This document shows, piece by piece, positions 1-12,064 of a stretch of DNA of 64,000 bases (position 1 is its first letter; each line of letters opens with the position of its first letter). The position numbers and the translations under genes are program-made. Source of the stretch: Chiloscyllium plagiosum (taxonomy: Eukaryota); the NCBI RefSeq assembly GCF_004010195.1, contig NC_057718.1:44802143-44866142 (forward strand). Reading direction: 5' to 3'. The notes under the pieces were generated by a model. The model was not told the origin of the DNA. It made no database searches and worked only from the letters and a program-made list of their open reading frames with translations.

Positions 1-168
1 TGCTGGAGATCAGAGCTGAAAATGTGTTGCTGGAAAAGCGCAGCAGGTCAGGCAGCATCCAAGGAGCAGGAGAATCGACGTTTTGGGCATGAGCCTGAAG
101 AAGGGCTCATGCCCGAAATGTCAATTCTCCTGCTCCTTGGATGCTGCCTGACCTGTTGTGCTTTTTCA
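1..168. mobile_element. Palindromic Penelope-terminus-derived short repeat (family 1), cut by window edge
   Basis: Arms gaaaagcgcagcaggtcaggcagcatccaaggagcaggagaatcgacg / tgtcaattctcctgctccttggatgctgcctgacctgttgtgcttttt are reverse complements; same sequence forms the ends of the Penelope copy at 47520-48253. Confidence 0.75.
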
Positions 169-491
169 ATGCTTGTCCAAGTGCAGGGTGGCCTTATAAA
201 GATGGCATGAATGCAAGAAATGCTGATCTTTTGCTGGATATCCGCTGACTAGTGAATTGTTCTGGGAACAATGTGATGGAAAGGCCAGCATTAGGCATGA
301 GGGATGTCATGGGATGGGTAGGTAGTTAATGAGATGAGTTTAAGATATGGTGAGATATCTCACTAGGTCTCATGGCAAAAAAGGCCTCCAAAAAACTCAA
401 CATAACTTCGCCAAAAGAAGTAAGATTCAGCCCATTGTTCCCAGCTACATAAGGTAAATACAGAGGGGATTGCATTATCATTTTCAGCAAA

Positions 492-1227
492 GAGTCAGAT
501 GTACAGCATGGAAACAGACCCTTCGGTCCAACCTGTCCATGCCGACCAGTTATCCAAACCCAATCTAGCCCCAACTGCCAGCACCCGGCCCATATCCCTC
601 TAAACGTTTCCTATTCATATACCCATCCAAACGCCTTTTCAATGTTGCAATTGTACCAGCCTCCACCACTTCTTCTGGCAGCTCATTCCATACACATAGC
701 ACCCTCTGCATGAAAAAGTTGCCCCTTAGGTCCCTTTCGTATCTTTCCCCTCACCCTAAACCTATGCGCTCTAGTTTCAGATTCCCCCACCCCAGGGAAA
801 AGACTTTGTCTATTTATCCTATCCATGTCCCTCGTAATTTTGTAAACCTCTAAAAGGTCACCCCTCAGCCTCCGATGCTCCAGGGAAAACAGCCCCAGCC
901 TCTTCAGCCTCTCCCTATAGCTCAAGTCCTCCAAATCTGGCAACATCCTTGTAAATCTTTTCTGAACCCTTTCAAGTTTCACAACATCTTTCCAATAGGA
1001 AGGAGACCAGAATTGCACGCAGTATTCTAAAAGTGGCCTAATCACTTACCTATACAGCCACAACATGACCTCCCAACTCCTGTACTCAATACTCTGATTG
1101 ATAAAGGAAAGCATACCAAATGCCTTCTTCACTATCGTATCTACCTGCGACTCCACTTTCAAGGAGCTATGAATCTGCACTCCAAGGTCTCTTTGTTCAG
1201 CAACACCCCCTAGGACTTTACCATTAA
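492..1227 (-). mobile_element. CR1 (HER1-like) LINE 3' fragment, decayed
   Basis: ORFs 683-1045 and 1046-1294 give CR1 ORF2 C-terminal motifs RPLLEYCVQFWSP, LERVQKRFTRMLP, RRLRGDL; 3' UTR at the left end. Confidence 0.9.
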
Positions 1228-1733
1228 GTAAGCATGTTAAATATTTACATGGGTAGCAAGGTTCATACATGTGGAACGTTCTAATGATTATCAAAAATGT
1301 GAAGAGCCCTGTAGAGATTAGCAGTACAACTCATCTATTACTGAGAGCTGCCTGAGACTGTATATTCCGCACTTCACACATGTCAAAATATATTTAGCTA
1401 ATTGCCTGTGGCTCTGCAGCAATTGGAGATCCTTTAAGGCAACGCTCATTAAAGAAAATGTAAAAAGATGTAACTGTGAAAGTATCAGCATTTCATCTTA
1501 TTAAAATCATGTGTGTATTTCCTTGTGAGATATATGGCAGGTATAAAGCTAAAATATTGATGGATATTGCAGATATATCAACAACAATAGAAAGATAATG
1601 AATACAATTTGTTGCATTTAACAAATCATAAATATTAAATTTACAAATTAATTAGATTTGCAAAATTCACATTGATAATTAGTCCTTTCTTTAGTTTTTA
1701 ACTCAAACTCAATTCCAATATGACTAAGTTTGT

Positions 1734-1776
1734 ACACACACAAAATACACACATACACACACACACACACACACAC
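1734..1776. repeat. (CA)n microsatellite, imperfect
   Basis: Directly visible acacac tract. Confidence 0.9.
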
Positions 1777-1794
1777 TTGTCAAAAGGAGGCATT

Positions 1795-2125
1795 GATCAG
1801 CATAAAATCATGAAGGGTTTTGGGAATATAAAAGGAGAAATTGTAGTAACCTCAGGGCACAGGTTTAAGCTAATTGGCAAAACAGACACAGTGAAATGAT
1901 GAAAACACCTTTTCTGCAGTATGTTGTTATGATCAGGAGTGCCACTGCCTGAAAGGATAGTTGAAGCTTATTCAGTGATAACTGTAAAAGGGAACTGAAG
2001 TGGAAACATTTGCAAACCTACAAGGAAAAGAACAGGTGACTGGGACAAACTGAACAGATCTTTCAAAGAGCTGACACAGACCTGATGAGCTGATTGGCCT
2101 TCTTTTATATTGCTATTTGATGATT
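1795..2125 (+). mobile_element. Old CR1 3' fragment
   Basis: Degenerate similarity to the CR1 3' ends elsewhere in the window (aaaatcatgaagggtttt...ctgcctgaaagg...). Confidence 0.55.
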
Positions 2126-2850
2126 CAACAATCCTTTTCATAATTAATCAATTAGCATCTTGAACATCATTAAAATCATTTCTGCAACCTGTATCCAAAT
2201 GTGCAACAAGCCTTTTAACAAAAAGAGAAAGTGCTGGAGAAACTCAGCAAGTCTGGCAGCATCTCCTCCTTACTCCCATCTCCATGTACTCTGTTCAGTC
2301 CCCCACCTCATCATCAGCATATGTACTAACCTTTCCCAGTTATTTCCAGCTCCGACAAAGGATTACTGGCTTCAACATCTTAACTCTGTTTTTCTCTGTA
2401 TGGCTACTGTCAGATCTTTTGTTTCAGCATTTTGTTTCTTTTTTCAGACCTCCAACATCCACAATTCTTTGTTATATTTTAATAACTTGTTAAAACATCT
2501 TGTTTCCCCACTGTATGTTTTCATTGAATTACATTGACTCCCAAATTAAAATTCTCATCTGTACATTCAAGTCTCTCTATTGTTTCACCCTTCACTTTCC
2601 TTATTAACTTCTTCAGCCCCACAATTCTTTAAGAGTTCTGCAGTCCACCAATACTGGCATCTTGTGCATGGTTTGTGCCTTTGTCCTGCATTTGGCAGCA
2701 ATGCCTTCAACTATCTAAGCCCTAAGATTTGTAACTGTAGTGATTGTAACAAGGTCAGCCAGGTGGACTTCATACAGTATGAGCTCCTTGATTGGGGCTG
2801 TTAATATGGTCCAATCAGGGAGCCTTGGTTGACAGATATAAACAGGAGGG

Positions 2851-3278
2851 CACCCGGTACGGAGGAGGGAGGGCAGGTCTGAAGACCTCTTGGTGGGTCT
2901 GCTGCTGGGCCTGGCCAAACTAGCCATAAACAGGTCCAGACAGCGGACCGTGGAGGGGATCGTTAGGGCTGACTGCCTGCCCCTCTTCCGCAGTTACGTT
3001 AGAGCCCAGGTGTCTCTGGAGAAGGAGCACGCGGTGTCCACCAACACCCTGGAGTAGTTTAAGGAGGGGTGGACGCCGCAGGGAGTGGAGTGCATTATTT
3101 CTCCCTCCAACTCTATTTTGATTTAGTCCCTGCCCTCCCCTTCACTGTTTGATCACACAGCATTGCCCTTTTGTGAAGGGCACTGCTTGTCACTGGCCAC
3201 TCGGGTGTTTTCCTATCTTCTTGGTGGTGGAAATTGAATAAAGATTCGTGCACCTTGTGTCTCTCACTGTAAAAAAAC
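2851..3278 (+). mobile_element. Tx1-clade non-LTR retrotransposon 3' end, copy 1, inside the Gypsy 5' LTR
   Basis: Encodes LLVGLLLGLAKLAINRSRQR...VRAQVSLEKEHAVSTNTL...SNSILI* (stop 3124-3126), recalled as a Tx1 ORF2 C-terminus; AATAAA 3237-3242 and A-tail. Confidence 0.75.
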
Positions 3279-3287
3279 ACAGGAGGG

Positions 3288-3801
3288 CACCCAGTACAGA
3301 GGAGGGAGGGCAGGTCTGAAGACCTCCTGGTGGGTCTGCTCCTGGGCCTGGCCAAACTGGCCATCAACAGGTCCAGGCAGCGGACCGTGGAGGGGTCGTT
3401 AGGGCCGACTGCCTGCCCCTCTTCCGCGGTTACGTTAGAGCCTGGGTGTCCTTGGAGAAGGAGCACGCGGTGTCCACCAACACCCTGGAGTTGTTCAGGG
3501 AGAGGTGGACGCCGCAGGGAGTGGAGTGCATTATTTCCCCCTCCAACTCTATTTTGATTTAATCCCTGCCCTCCCCTTCACTGTTTGATCACACAGCATT
3601 GCCCTTTGATCTGAAGGCCACTGCTTGTCACTGGCCACTCGGGTGTTTCCTTTCTTCCTGGTGGTGGAAACTGAATAAAGAATCATGCACCTTATGTCTT
3701 TCACTGTGTCTCACAAAAAAGAGAAGGAAAGAAAAAATAAAATAAAATAAATAAATAGGAGTCACCTGCACACACACAACATGGGTGCTGTGTGAAAAAA
3801 A
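3288..3801 (+). mobile_element. Tx1-clade 3' end, copy 2, plus a possible third very short insert (3763-3801)
   Basis: Roughly 90-93% identical by eye to copy 1 with the same 5' start; different A-rich tail; target-like ataaataggag at 3751-3761 and ataaacaggaggg at 3802-3814. Confidence 0.75.
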
Positions 3802-5470
3802 ATAAACAGGAGGGTCTTTCACTCTGAGAGCTGCCTCTGAGGAAGCTGGACTTTCCACGTGTAAATAAAAGGGTGGCTTGCTGATGGGATACCGCGCTCT
3901 GTAGTGGTATTTCAGTGGCAAAAAGAGAAAAGCACACTCCTGAAGAAATTCACTCACAACAGTCGTCTTTGAGTTGGGATAAGCATTTCTGATGTCATGC
4001 TGTTAATTGTGAAGCTTGACTAGTTTAATCCTACCGATGAAGGCTGAGTCCATTATGTGGAAAGAATGTGCTTTTTTGTCCGGGCAAATGACTTTGGGGC
4101 AGATGAAAAGCAATGAGTAATTTTCCTGACAGTTTGTGATCCCTCAGCTTTTATTACTATTAGAAGCCTAACTTTCTCTGAGGCAGCAGTTACTAAAACC
4201 TTTTAATCATTGATGGGTTCAGTTAAGGAACATTTCAATTCCAAGCCTCCTCTAATACTAAGGCAATATTGGTTTTACTTGGCAATTCAAGATCCAGGAG
4301 AATCCATTTCGGGATTTTTGACTAGGTTAAGATGACTGGCAGAGACAGCTGACTTTGGTTTAACCTTAATGAGGTGCTGAGAGACTGTTTGGTATTTTGG
4401 GATTAATGATGTAACCATACAAAAAGTGCCTACTAGCTGAAGTACAACTGGACATTAAACAGGCACTACAACTGGCTTTATCCCTGGAAAATGCAGCAAG
4501 TGGAACATATGAGTTGCAGGATATGCTGATGGAAGTAGACACTCTCACCAGTCCAACTTGAGTGAAAACAATTGCATAGTCTCGCACAAGACATATCCTG
4601 AACAGAGGGATTCTAAGTCAACCCACAGCAAAACCCCAAAACAAAGCCAGCCTCTGCCAACATTTAATATTTTCTTCAGAATCCAGACCAGCAAGCCATA
4701 GTTGTTGCTGTGATATACAGACTCAAGATGGCAAAAGAGTCCCACTGACTTAAGTTGTGTAAGAGAGCTCATAGGCCAGGAGAGCACATCCTAGAAAGTC
4801 CACCTATATCTGGTTGGGACAGTTAAATTGCTTAGCAACATCCAAATCAGAACCAATCAAAATAAATGTTTGCTTAAATGGTCACCTGGTACTAACAGAG
4901 GTCAATACCAGTGTGGCTGTTTCCGTGAATGCAGCACCAGTCTTTAACAAAATTCACTCTGGACTCCAACCCTTAAGTTTGCGCAAGACTTCACCTAGAC
5001 GGAGAACCTATACCAGGGAGCCTTTACAGATAAGGGTACAACTTCAGTTCTGTTCTTTTATGAGAAGCTGCTGCTTCATTTACCACTGATTGTCATAACA
5101 GGCTCAGGCCCAAGCTTGATGGGGCGAAATTGGTTGAGAAAGATTTACTTAGATTGGCTCAACATTTTTCAGTTAGAAAATGGCTGCCTGAATGAAGTCC
5201 TAACGAAATACTCAGACATTTTTCAGGAAGGTCGAGGGACTATCAAAGGAACCAAGGCTACCTTGCATATTGAGCAATTCTTCAAGGCCTGCCCAGTGCC
5301 ATTTGCCTTACAGACGGCAAATCAGAAGGCTAGAAAGTAACGTAAACATCAAGGCAGTCAGTTTATGGAATGGGTAGCACCAGTCATACTGATTGTGAAG
5401 CCTGATGGGTTAGTTCACCTTTCTGGGGATTCTAAACAAACAATTAACTACTTTCACAGCTGGAGAAATA

Positions 5471-5985
5471 CCCAATCCCTCACTTAGAGGATTTATACAT
5501 AATGCTGATAGGAGGCCTGTCCTTCAAGAAGCTGGACATAAGCCATGCATACTTGCAATTACGATGAGGACTCCCTGAAGTATGCTACAATTAGTATCCA
5601 TAGGGCATGCACCAATATACAAGACTGCCGTTTGGAGTATCGTCATTTTTTTAGCAGATAATGGAGAACATTTTACAAGGTCTACCCCAGGTCACCATTC
5701 ATCTGGATGATGTGTTAATAACAGTGAAGACCAATAAGAATACTTAGAGAACTTGGATACAGTCCTTAGACATTTCTCCCAGGTAAGTTCTCTAAGTATC
5801 TGCTAAAAAATGACGATACTCCAAACGGCAGTCTTGTATATTGGTGCATGCCCTATGGATACTAATTGTAGCATACTTCAGGGAGTCCTCATCGCAATTG
5901 CAAGTATGCATGGCTTATGTCCAGCTTCTTGAAGGACAGGCCTCCTATCAGCATTATGTATAAATCCTCTAGGCGAGGGATTGGG
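5471..5985. repeat. Inverted duplication, arms 5471-5660 and 5797-5985
   Basis: Arms are reverse complements with about 4 differences. Confidence 0.95.
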
Positions 5986-7867
5986 CAAACAAAGGTGTCC
6001 CAGCTCTATGTCTGTACTGGAGCTTAGATCTTTCCTTGGGCTGGTGAATTATTACTGAAGGTTCATACACAATCTGGCATTCATCCTGGCACCTTTCCAT
6101 CAAATCTTAAAGGTTGTATAACGAAGCCATAGCTTTCAGAAAAGTGAAGAAACAGCTATCATCCTCAAAGGGGTTGGCATGCTATGGTCCCAAGCAAGAT
6201 TTGGTATTAACATGTGAAGCCTCCCTATACAGCATTGGAGTATATTAGGTGGCCAATGGTGAGGAACGCCCAATAGCATATTCATCCTGGACCTTGGCTA
6301 ATGCACCCAGATAGAGAAGGAAAGTTTGGTAGTCATATCTGGCATCAGGAAGTTCCACCAATACCTTTACAGATATAAGTGCGGAATAATAATGGACCAC
6401 AATCCCTGCTAAGTCTACATAAAAAGGACAAGGCAGTGCACCCATGACTTCAGGCTGAATTCAGCGGTGGCCTCTAAGACTAACTGCACATAATTACAAG
6501 TTGGAACACTGTCCAGGAGGCCAAATAGCATTTAGTTGCCTCCTGCTGGTAGATACGCCACCTTGGTACCGCCACTCGATGTGTCCATAACAGTTTTAAA
6601 TTTTCTGGATGCACTTCCAACCACAGCTAACAATACCAATCTTTGAACACAGAAAGATCTGGGCCTGGCGAAAACTGTAACAGCTGGTGGTGATGGGGAA
6701 AATCAAAGGGCCGTCACAACCAGAATTGAAACCATTTTGGACCTGGAGAAACCAGATCACCAGACAGCATATTATTATGCGGAGCAATAGTGATTGTCCC
6801 AAGCAAAGGTCGACACCAAATACTGGCTGAACTTTACCAAAGTTCATCCAGGGCATTCAAAAATGCAGATGCTGATGAGAAGTTGTCTGGTGGCAAGGAC
6901 TGGATGCAGACAAAGCCATGTTGGTGGGGCAGTGTCCAGACTACTAGCAATGACAAAAATTACCGCCAGCAGCTCCCCCACATTCGTGGGAATGTCTGGG
7001 TAAACCCTAGACTTTGTTACACATTGACTATGCAGGTCTTTTCATGGGCTCAATGTTCTTAATTATTGTGGATGCCCACTCAAAGTGGCTGGATGTGCAT
7101 AGAGTTCATTCGCCAAACATGGAGACTATGATAGGAAAACTGTGCATATCTTTTGCAGTACAAGGACTCCAGGAAGTATTGGTAACAGATAACAGGCCAT
7201 TGTTTACCAGCAGGGAACTTGAGTATCTCCAAAAGTCGAATAGTATTCATCGTATGAGGACAGCTCCATACCATTCATCATCCAATGGTCTAGCAGAAAG
7301 AGGAGCCCAATCTTTGAAGGCAGGCTTAAAGAAACACCTTATAGCTTCACTAGATACCAAACTGTCCTAGTTCCTATTTGGTTAATAGGAATGCCAATGC
7401 TGTACACAAGGCTGCGCTAAGCGAGAGAGACAGTTTACTTCAGGGGATGATGTTTGGTGTAGGAACCACAGGAATGGCTCTGCATGGGTAAGAAGCATGG
7501 TCCCCGCAATGAAGATGTATAAAGATGCAATGGTCCTGAATAAGCATGTGGACCATACGAAACCTGCAAACCCACAAACAGTGTGGAAGCAAAACATGCT
7601 GAGCTCCTCGACAGTTTTTGGTTCTCTCTCTCCATCAAGTGTTAAAGATAATTCAGAATCTGGATGTCACCACCTCAATGTCTTTGTCACCTGAAGAGGA
7701 GAATGAATTTCTTCCGTGATGCTCCAGGCACAAGATGCAACCTAATACGCATTACACACTTCCTGTATCAGAGGCAGAGTTGGACGAACTTGAGCCGGTG
7801 CTAAAACGCTCCAGAAGGAGCTACAAAAAAGTATCAGCCTATGTCCTTGGACTCAGAGGGGAAGGGA

Positions 7868-8101
7868 TGTAATGATTATAATGAGGTTAGCCAGGTGGAA
7901 CTCATAGAATATGAGTTCCCTGACTGGGACTATTAATCTGGTCCAATCAGAGCCCTGACTGACAGATATAAACAGGAGCGTCAGAGGTTCTGATGACTCT
8001 GACAGCTGGCTCTGAGGGAGCTGGATCAGTGCCAAGGACTTTCCATGTGTCAACAAAGGGTGACTTGGTGATGGGATACTGGCATCTGTGGAGTTATTTC
8101 A
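7868..8101 (+). repeat. Gypsy 3' LTR (234 bp) with CCAAT (7943-7947) and TATA-like gatataaa (7965-7972)
   Basis: Aligns with 2736-2850 plus 3815-3914. Confidence 0.9.
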
Positions 8102-8644
8102 GTGATACCCTTTCTAAACCATGCCACTTTCCATTTCTCTTTTCTTCTTTAAAACATTCTCTAAAATCCACCTTACTGACCAAACATTTGATTGCCTGAT
8201 TATGTCTCCTGCTTGGACTCAGTACAAAGACTTACAAATTTCAAGCAGCTTTTACAACAAACAAAATACTCAAAGCCCTTTATAGCCAACCAAATACTCT
8301 TGATGTATAATCACTGTTGCAATGTAGAAAGCATTAATTTGATGTTAGCTTATTTGGCTGATTACATTCCTGAGAATAGCCTTATGACTTTATATCCTGT
8401 AAAAGGCTCTAACTAAGTGTGAATTGATATGAGTTCATGTTGCGTTAATCTCAAATGCAACATTGGACTCAGTAATACATTGTGATTTTTTTTGGGATGA
8501 ACATTCATCTCTATTACTTGAATTGAATATAAAATGTTAAAAATTCTTGTACTGATTTATCACTGGCCACGGACAGATAGATGATTAGACCATAGAGGAG
8601 ACCGTTCAGTCTATCATGGCTATACCAGTCTACCAAGATATTTG

Positions 8645-8857
8645 TTTAGCTCAGTTGCCAAACTGCTGGTTACAATACAGACTGATGCTAACAGCATGGA
8701 TTCAATTCCTGTATCTGCTGAGGTTGCCTTGAAGGACTGTATTTCTCAACCTCTCTCTTCACCCAAGGCGTGGTGCCCTTCAAATTGAACCACCACCAGT
8801 CAGCCCTCCCTAATGAGAAAGCAGCTCTCTGGTCTGGTAGGAGCATTGTGACTTTTT
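8645..8857 (+). mobile_element. Old SINE-like repeat; second copy at ~50350-50570
   Basis: Both copies share ttcaattcctg..ctgaggtt..atgaagg..ttctcaac..ggcgtggtg..aaccaccaccagt..ggtctggta; B-box-like head. Confidence 0.6.
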
Positions 8858-8864
8858 AACCAAG

Positions 8865-9480
8865 GGCTAATGACATCACTCCCATTTCCTATCACTTGAC
8901 CCATAGCCCTGGAGGCTATAGCAACATACATGAATATCTAAAAACTGTTTATAGATTACGAGTGTTTCTGACCTGACCACACTTTCAGGCAGTGATTTTC
9001 AGATTCCCGCCACCCTCTAAGTGAAAATAATTATCCTCAACTCTCTTCTTAGCCTTCTATCTCTTACCTTAAATCTATGCCTTTTGTCTATTCTCCCTTC
9101 TAATGACTGTCCTGCAGAGGCAGCATTGTAGTAAACTCCCTTTGCACCCTCTTTAGTCAAATACTAATGATGCAATTACATCATTTCCACATCCCAGTTG
9201 TGACATTTTATACTGCATTTTATACAGTTCCAGCTCCCTGCTCTTGTATTCTGTGCCGCAGTTAAATAAAAATAAGAATCCTGTATGATTTCTTAACCAC
9301 CTCATCTACCATGCCCTGCTACCTTCAAGGATCTGTGGATATGTACACCAAGGTCTCCCTGATGTTCAGTACTTACCAGGATTCTACCATGCATTGTGCA
9401 ATCCTTTGTTTCATTAGCCCTCCCCAAGTGCATTATCTCAGACTTTTCTGGGTTGAATTCCATTTCCCACTGCTCCATTC
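8865..9480 (-). mobile_element. Old CR1 3' fragment
   Basis: Degenerate reverse-strand similarity to CR1 ORF2 end and 3' UTR. Confidence 0.6.
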
Positions 9481-10269
9481 ACTTGACCTAGAACGGACAT
9501 CAAAATCTAAACTTCGAACCTCAGTTCCACTGGTAGGTCATACATATGATCCCAACCCTTTAAATTTGTCATATTTGCTGTTTTACAACAGAGTACTGAG
9601 CTCACAGGTTGTAGTAAAGGGCAGCACAAATTTTTATTTTGATTTAATCCATCCACAATTAAGCCTATGCAGGCTCAACAGAAATTAGTCTCAATGCAGC
9701 TGCTAAATAAAGTGGATGTACCATTTACACCAAATCTACTATTTATAGCTGAAGGTATTGTTTCAAGCTAGGCAGTATGCCGCTTACACCATTTGGCTGA
9801 AACATTGCCCTTCTGAACAGGAGCAAGTTCTTCCCCGATGTTTCCGATCAAAAGGATTTTGCCCAAAAAACATGGCATAGATCAGGAAATGTCAGTTGCA
9901 CTGGAATTTCTGCACAAGACTTCTGGAACCAGACCACCCGAAGTGCTCTCAAAAGAAAGTCAGCAGCCTTCTGCTTCCTAAGTTGTTGCCTCTAGAGAAA
10001 AACCTTGTCGGAGCAATAAAATAGATGGATAATCGGAGAAGACAAGTGCTAATGGCTTGCACAGGGGTGATTAATAGCTGTTGTGTTAACTGCTAGCTAT
10101 CAATGGATGGAGTTGTTTAATAAACTTGTTTTGTTTTGTATTCTGAATGGATATTTGTATTTGTAATAAAGTGAATGCAAGACTGCTAAAGCAAGGATGG
10201 CAATATATGATGACAGACGGGTCAGTGGTGATATGGACTGTACGAGTGTATTGAGAGGGAGAAAGGTTT

Positions 10270-11140
10270 GACAAGAAACGCTTTTCAATGACCTGTTCTC
10301 TAATAGCATGGGCAGCCAATAGTTGTTCTGCTCCTCTTCATAGTGTACCACCCCCTTCTTCTCTTCCTCCTGCTTCTCCTGTTGAAGCTTTTGTGCTCAG
10401 GTGATTCAAAGGCTGATCCTTTATGAAAACAAACCAATGGAAGCTGGAGAAAACAATGCTCACTTGGGCATGTATTAAGAAGCTCTAGCAGAACAATCCA
10501 GGCAGCAGAAGTATGTCTTGAGCATACAATAGTCTGTAGTTTTAGTGACAGTATTTGAGCCAGACTTCAGTCATGAAGCATGGCTGAAGGGGATGATCCT
10601 TGTTTTGCAGAAACCAGCCTCTGTCCTGCCATGCTGCTTAAAGCAAAGATAGAACAAGGACTGCTGACAAATAACTTAATCACAACTGCCATCAGGAGAC
10701 CAGGCGCAGACAAGCTGAACATTGAGGGAGTCGGATTCCTTTCTCTGAACAAAGGAGTGAGGTTGGTGATGATAAAGCACATGGCCATACGTTGGATCTC
10801 CGGGAAACCTGCCATGTATATAAGACCTTGTTTTCATTCATTTTTCTTTTCATGCATTCTGCCCAAATAAGATAATCAGTCATGATGCCACCACATCATC
10901 TATCATCCACAACGGTGAACAACAAACTGAGGACTGTCAGTGATGTCACCTGCGGCAGTATGTAAGTAGCCTGCGTATAAGTGTGACAGTCATGGAGAGT
11001 TTGACAGCCACAGACAATAATGACTATGGCCTGGGGCCACAGCAAGTCACATTGATCAGTAACAGCATCTTTGTGGTGAAGGCAACTGAAATGTTGCTCC
11101 CCTGAAATGCCCCTTGAAAATTTACCCTGCAGATGGTTCT
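10270..11140 (-). mobile_element. PIF/Harbinger DDE transposase fossil
   Basis: Collinear minus-strand remnants KDAVTDQCDLL, GDITDSPQFVVHRC (~10952-10909), MAGFP (10815-10801), RKESDSLNVQLVC (~10744-10706), KDHPLQPCFMT (~10600-10570), AIREQVIEKRF; these resemble HARBI1-type GFP, RKGFHSLNVQ and DKGYPL.PWLMTP motifs; frames broken. Confidence 0.75.
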
Positions 11141-12064
11141 TGCACAGTATCTTCCTCTTACCTATTTTCCCTGGTTTCTTTGCTGCTTTCACTCAAAAGC
11201 AAATCTACCGCAACCAAATGCATTACTGCAGTACAGCTGGTTGTGAAAGCAACCAAAAACAGTACATCATCAGTAAACTTTCATTCTGAGCTGTCAATTT
11301 CACAGTCAGAAAACGGGTCCAGTCAGCAATCTCAAATGACATGCCACAAACAGTAATTTGCATTTAAACACCATCCTTAACATTGTAAAATGTCCAAAGG
11401 GGTATTAACAAACAAAATTTTACTCAGAGCACCATAAGGAGACATTGGGAAGTGTGACAATAAAGGAAATTATAAGAGGTTACTTAAACAGGAAAAGGGA
11501 GAAGTGGAGATACTTAGGGACCAAATAGTTGAAGGTGCAGGCCCCAGTTGTAGGGTAGATGAAATTGGGGATGCAGGACAGGCTATGGTTGGAGGAGTGT
11601 AAAGATGTCAAGGGGCTGCAGAACTGAAATAAGTTACAGAGAAGAATGAGACAAGGCTGTGAAGGGATTTGAAAACAAGGATAAGAATTTTAAAGTCAAG
11701 GCAAAGCTGAACTGAGAATCAATATAGGTCAGCAAGCACAGGGCTGACTAACAAGATGGGCTTAAGGGAACAGCTCTACAGAGCTCCAAACAGTGTCGGA
11801 GACAAGAGCAAATTTGCAGGGAAATCAGAAAATGTGCAATAACTAAACAAAAGTGCTTATATTGTGGGGCTTTAAATAGGAGGGTTAAGAGAAGGAGGGA
11901 TTTCTGAATGATGTTCAGGAGAACTTTCTCATTAGTGTATTCCCAGTCCAACTAGAAAGAAGATATTATTGGATCTGATATTGGGAAATAGGGTGGAACG
12001 ATGCACTGTGTGTTTGTGGGAAAATATTTTGATGAGCATAGCCATCAGATTATATGGTATGTTT

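Larger units (their letters stand above)
2736..8101 (+). mobile_element. Gypsy/Ty3 LTR retrotransposon (Mag-like), both LTRs present, gag-pol dead
   Basis: 5' LTR 2736-3914 (interrupted) and 3' LTR 7868-8101, both TGT...TTCA; polypurine tract agaggggaaggga before 7868; decayed gag start at 3997; protease-like LNGHLVLTEVNTSVAVSV (4814-5089); RT IHLDDVLIT near 5700; integrase HIDYAG..VDAHSKW..VTDN..APYHSSSNGLAER (7014-7370); many stops and frameshifts. Confidence 0.92.

Noticed and set aside
2731..8106. Clear TSD for the Gypsy element
   Set aside because: gtaac versus gtgat has two mismatches in five; compatible with decay but not demonstrable.
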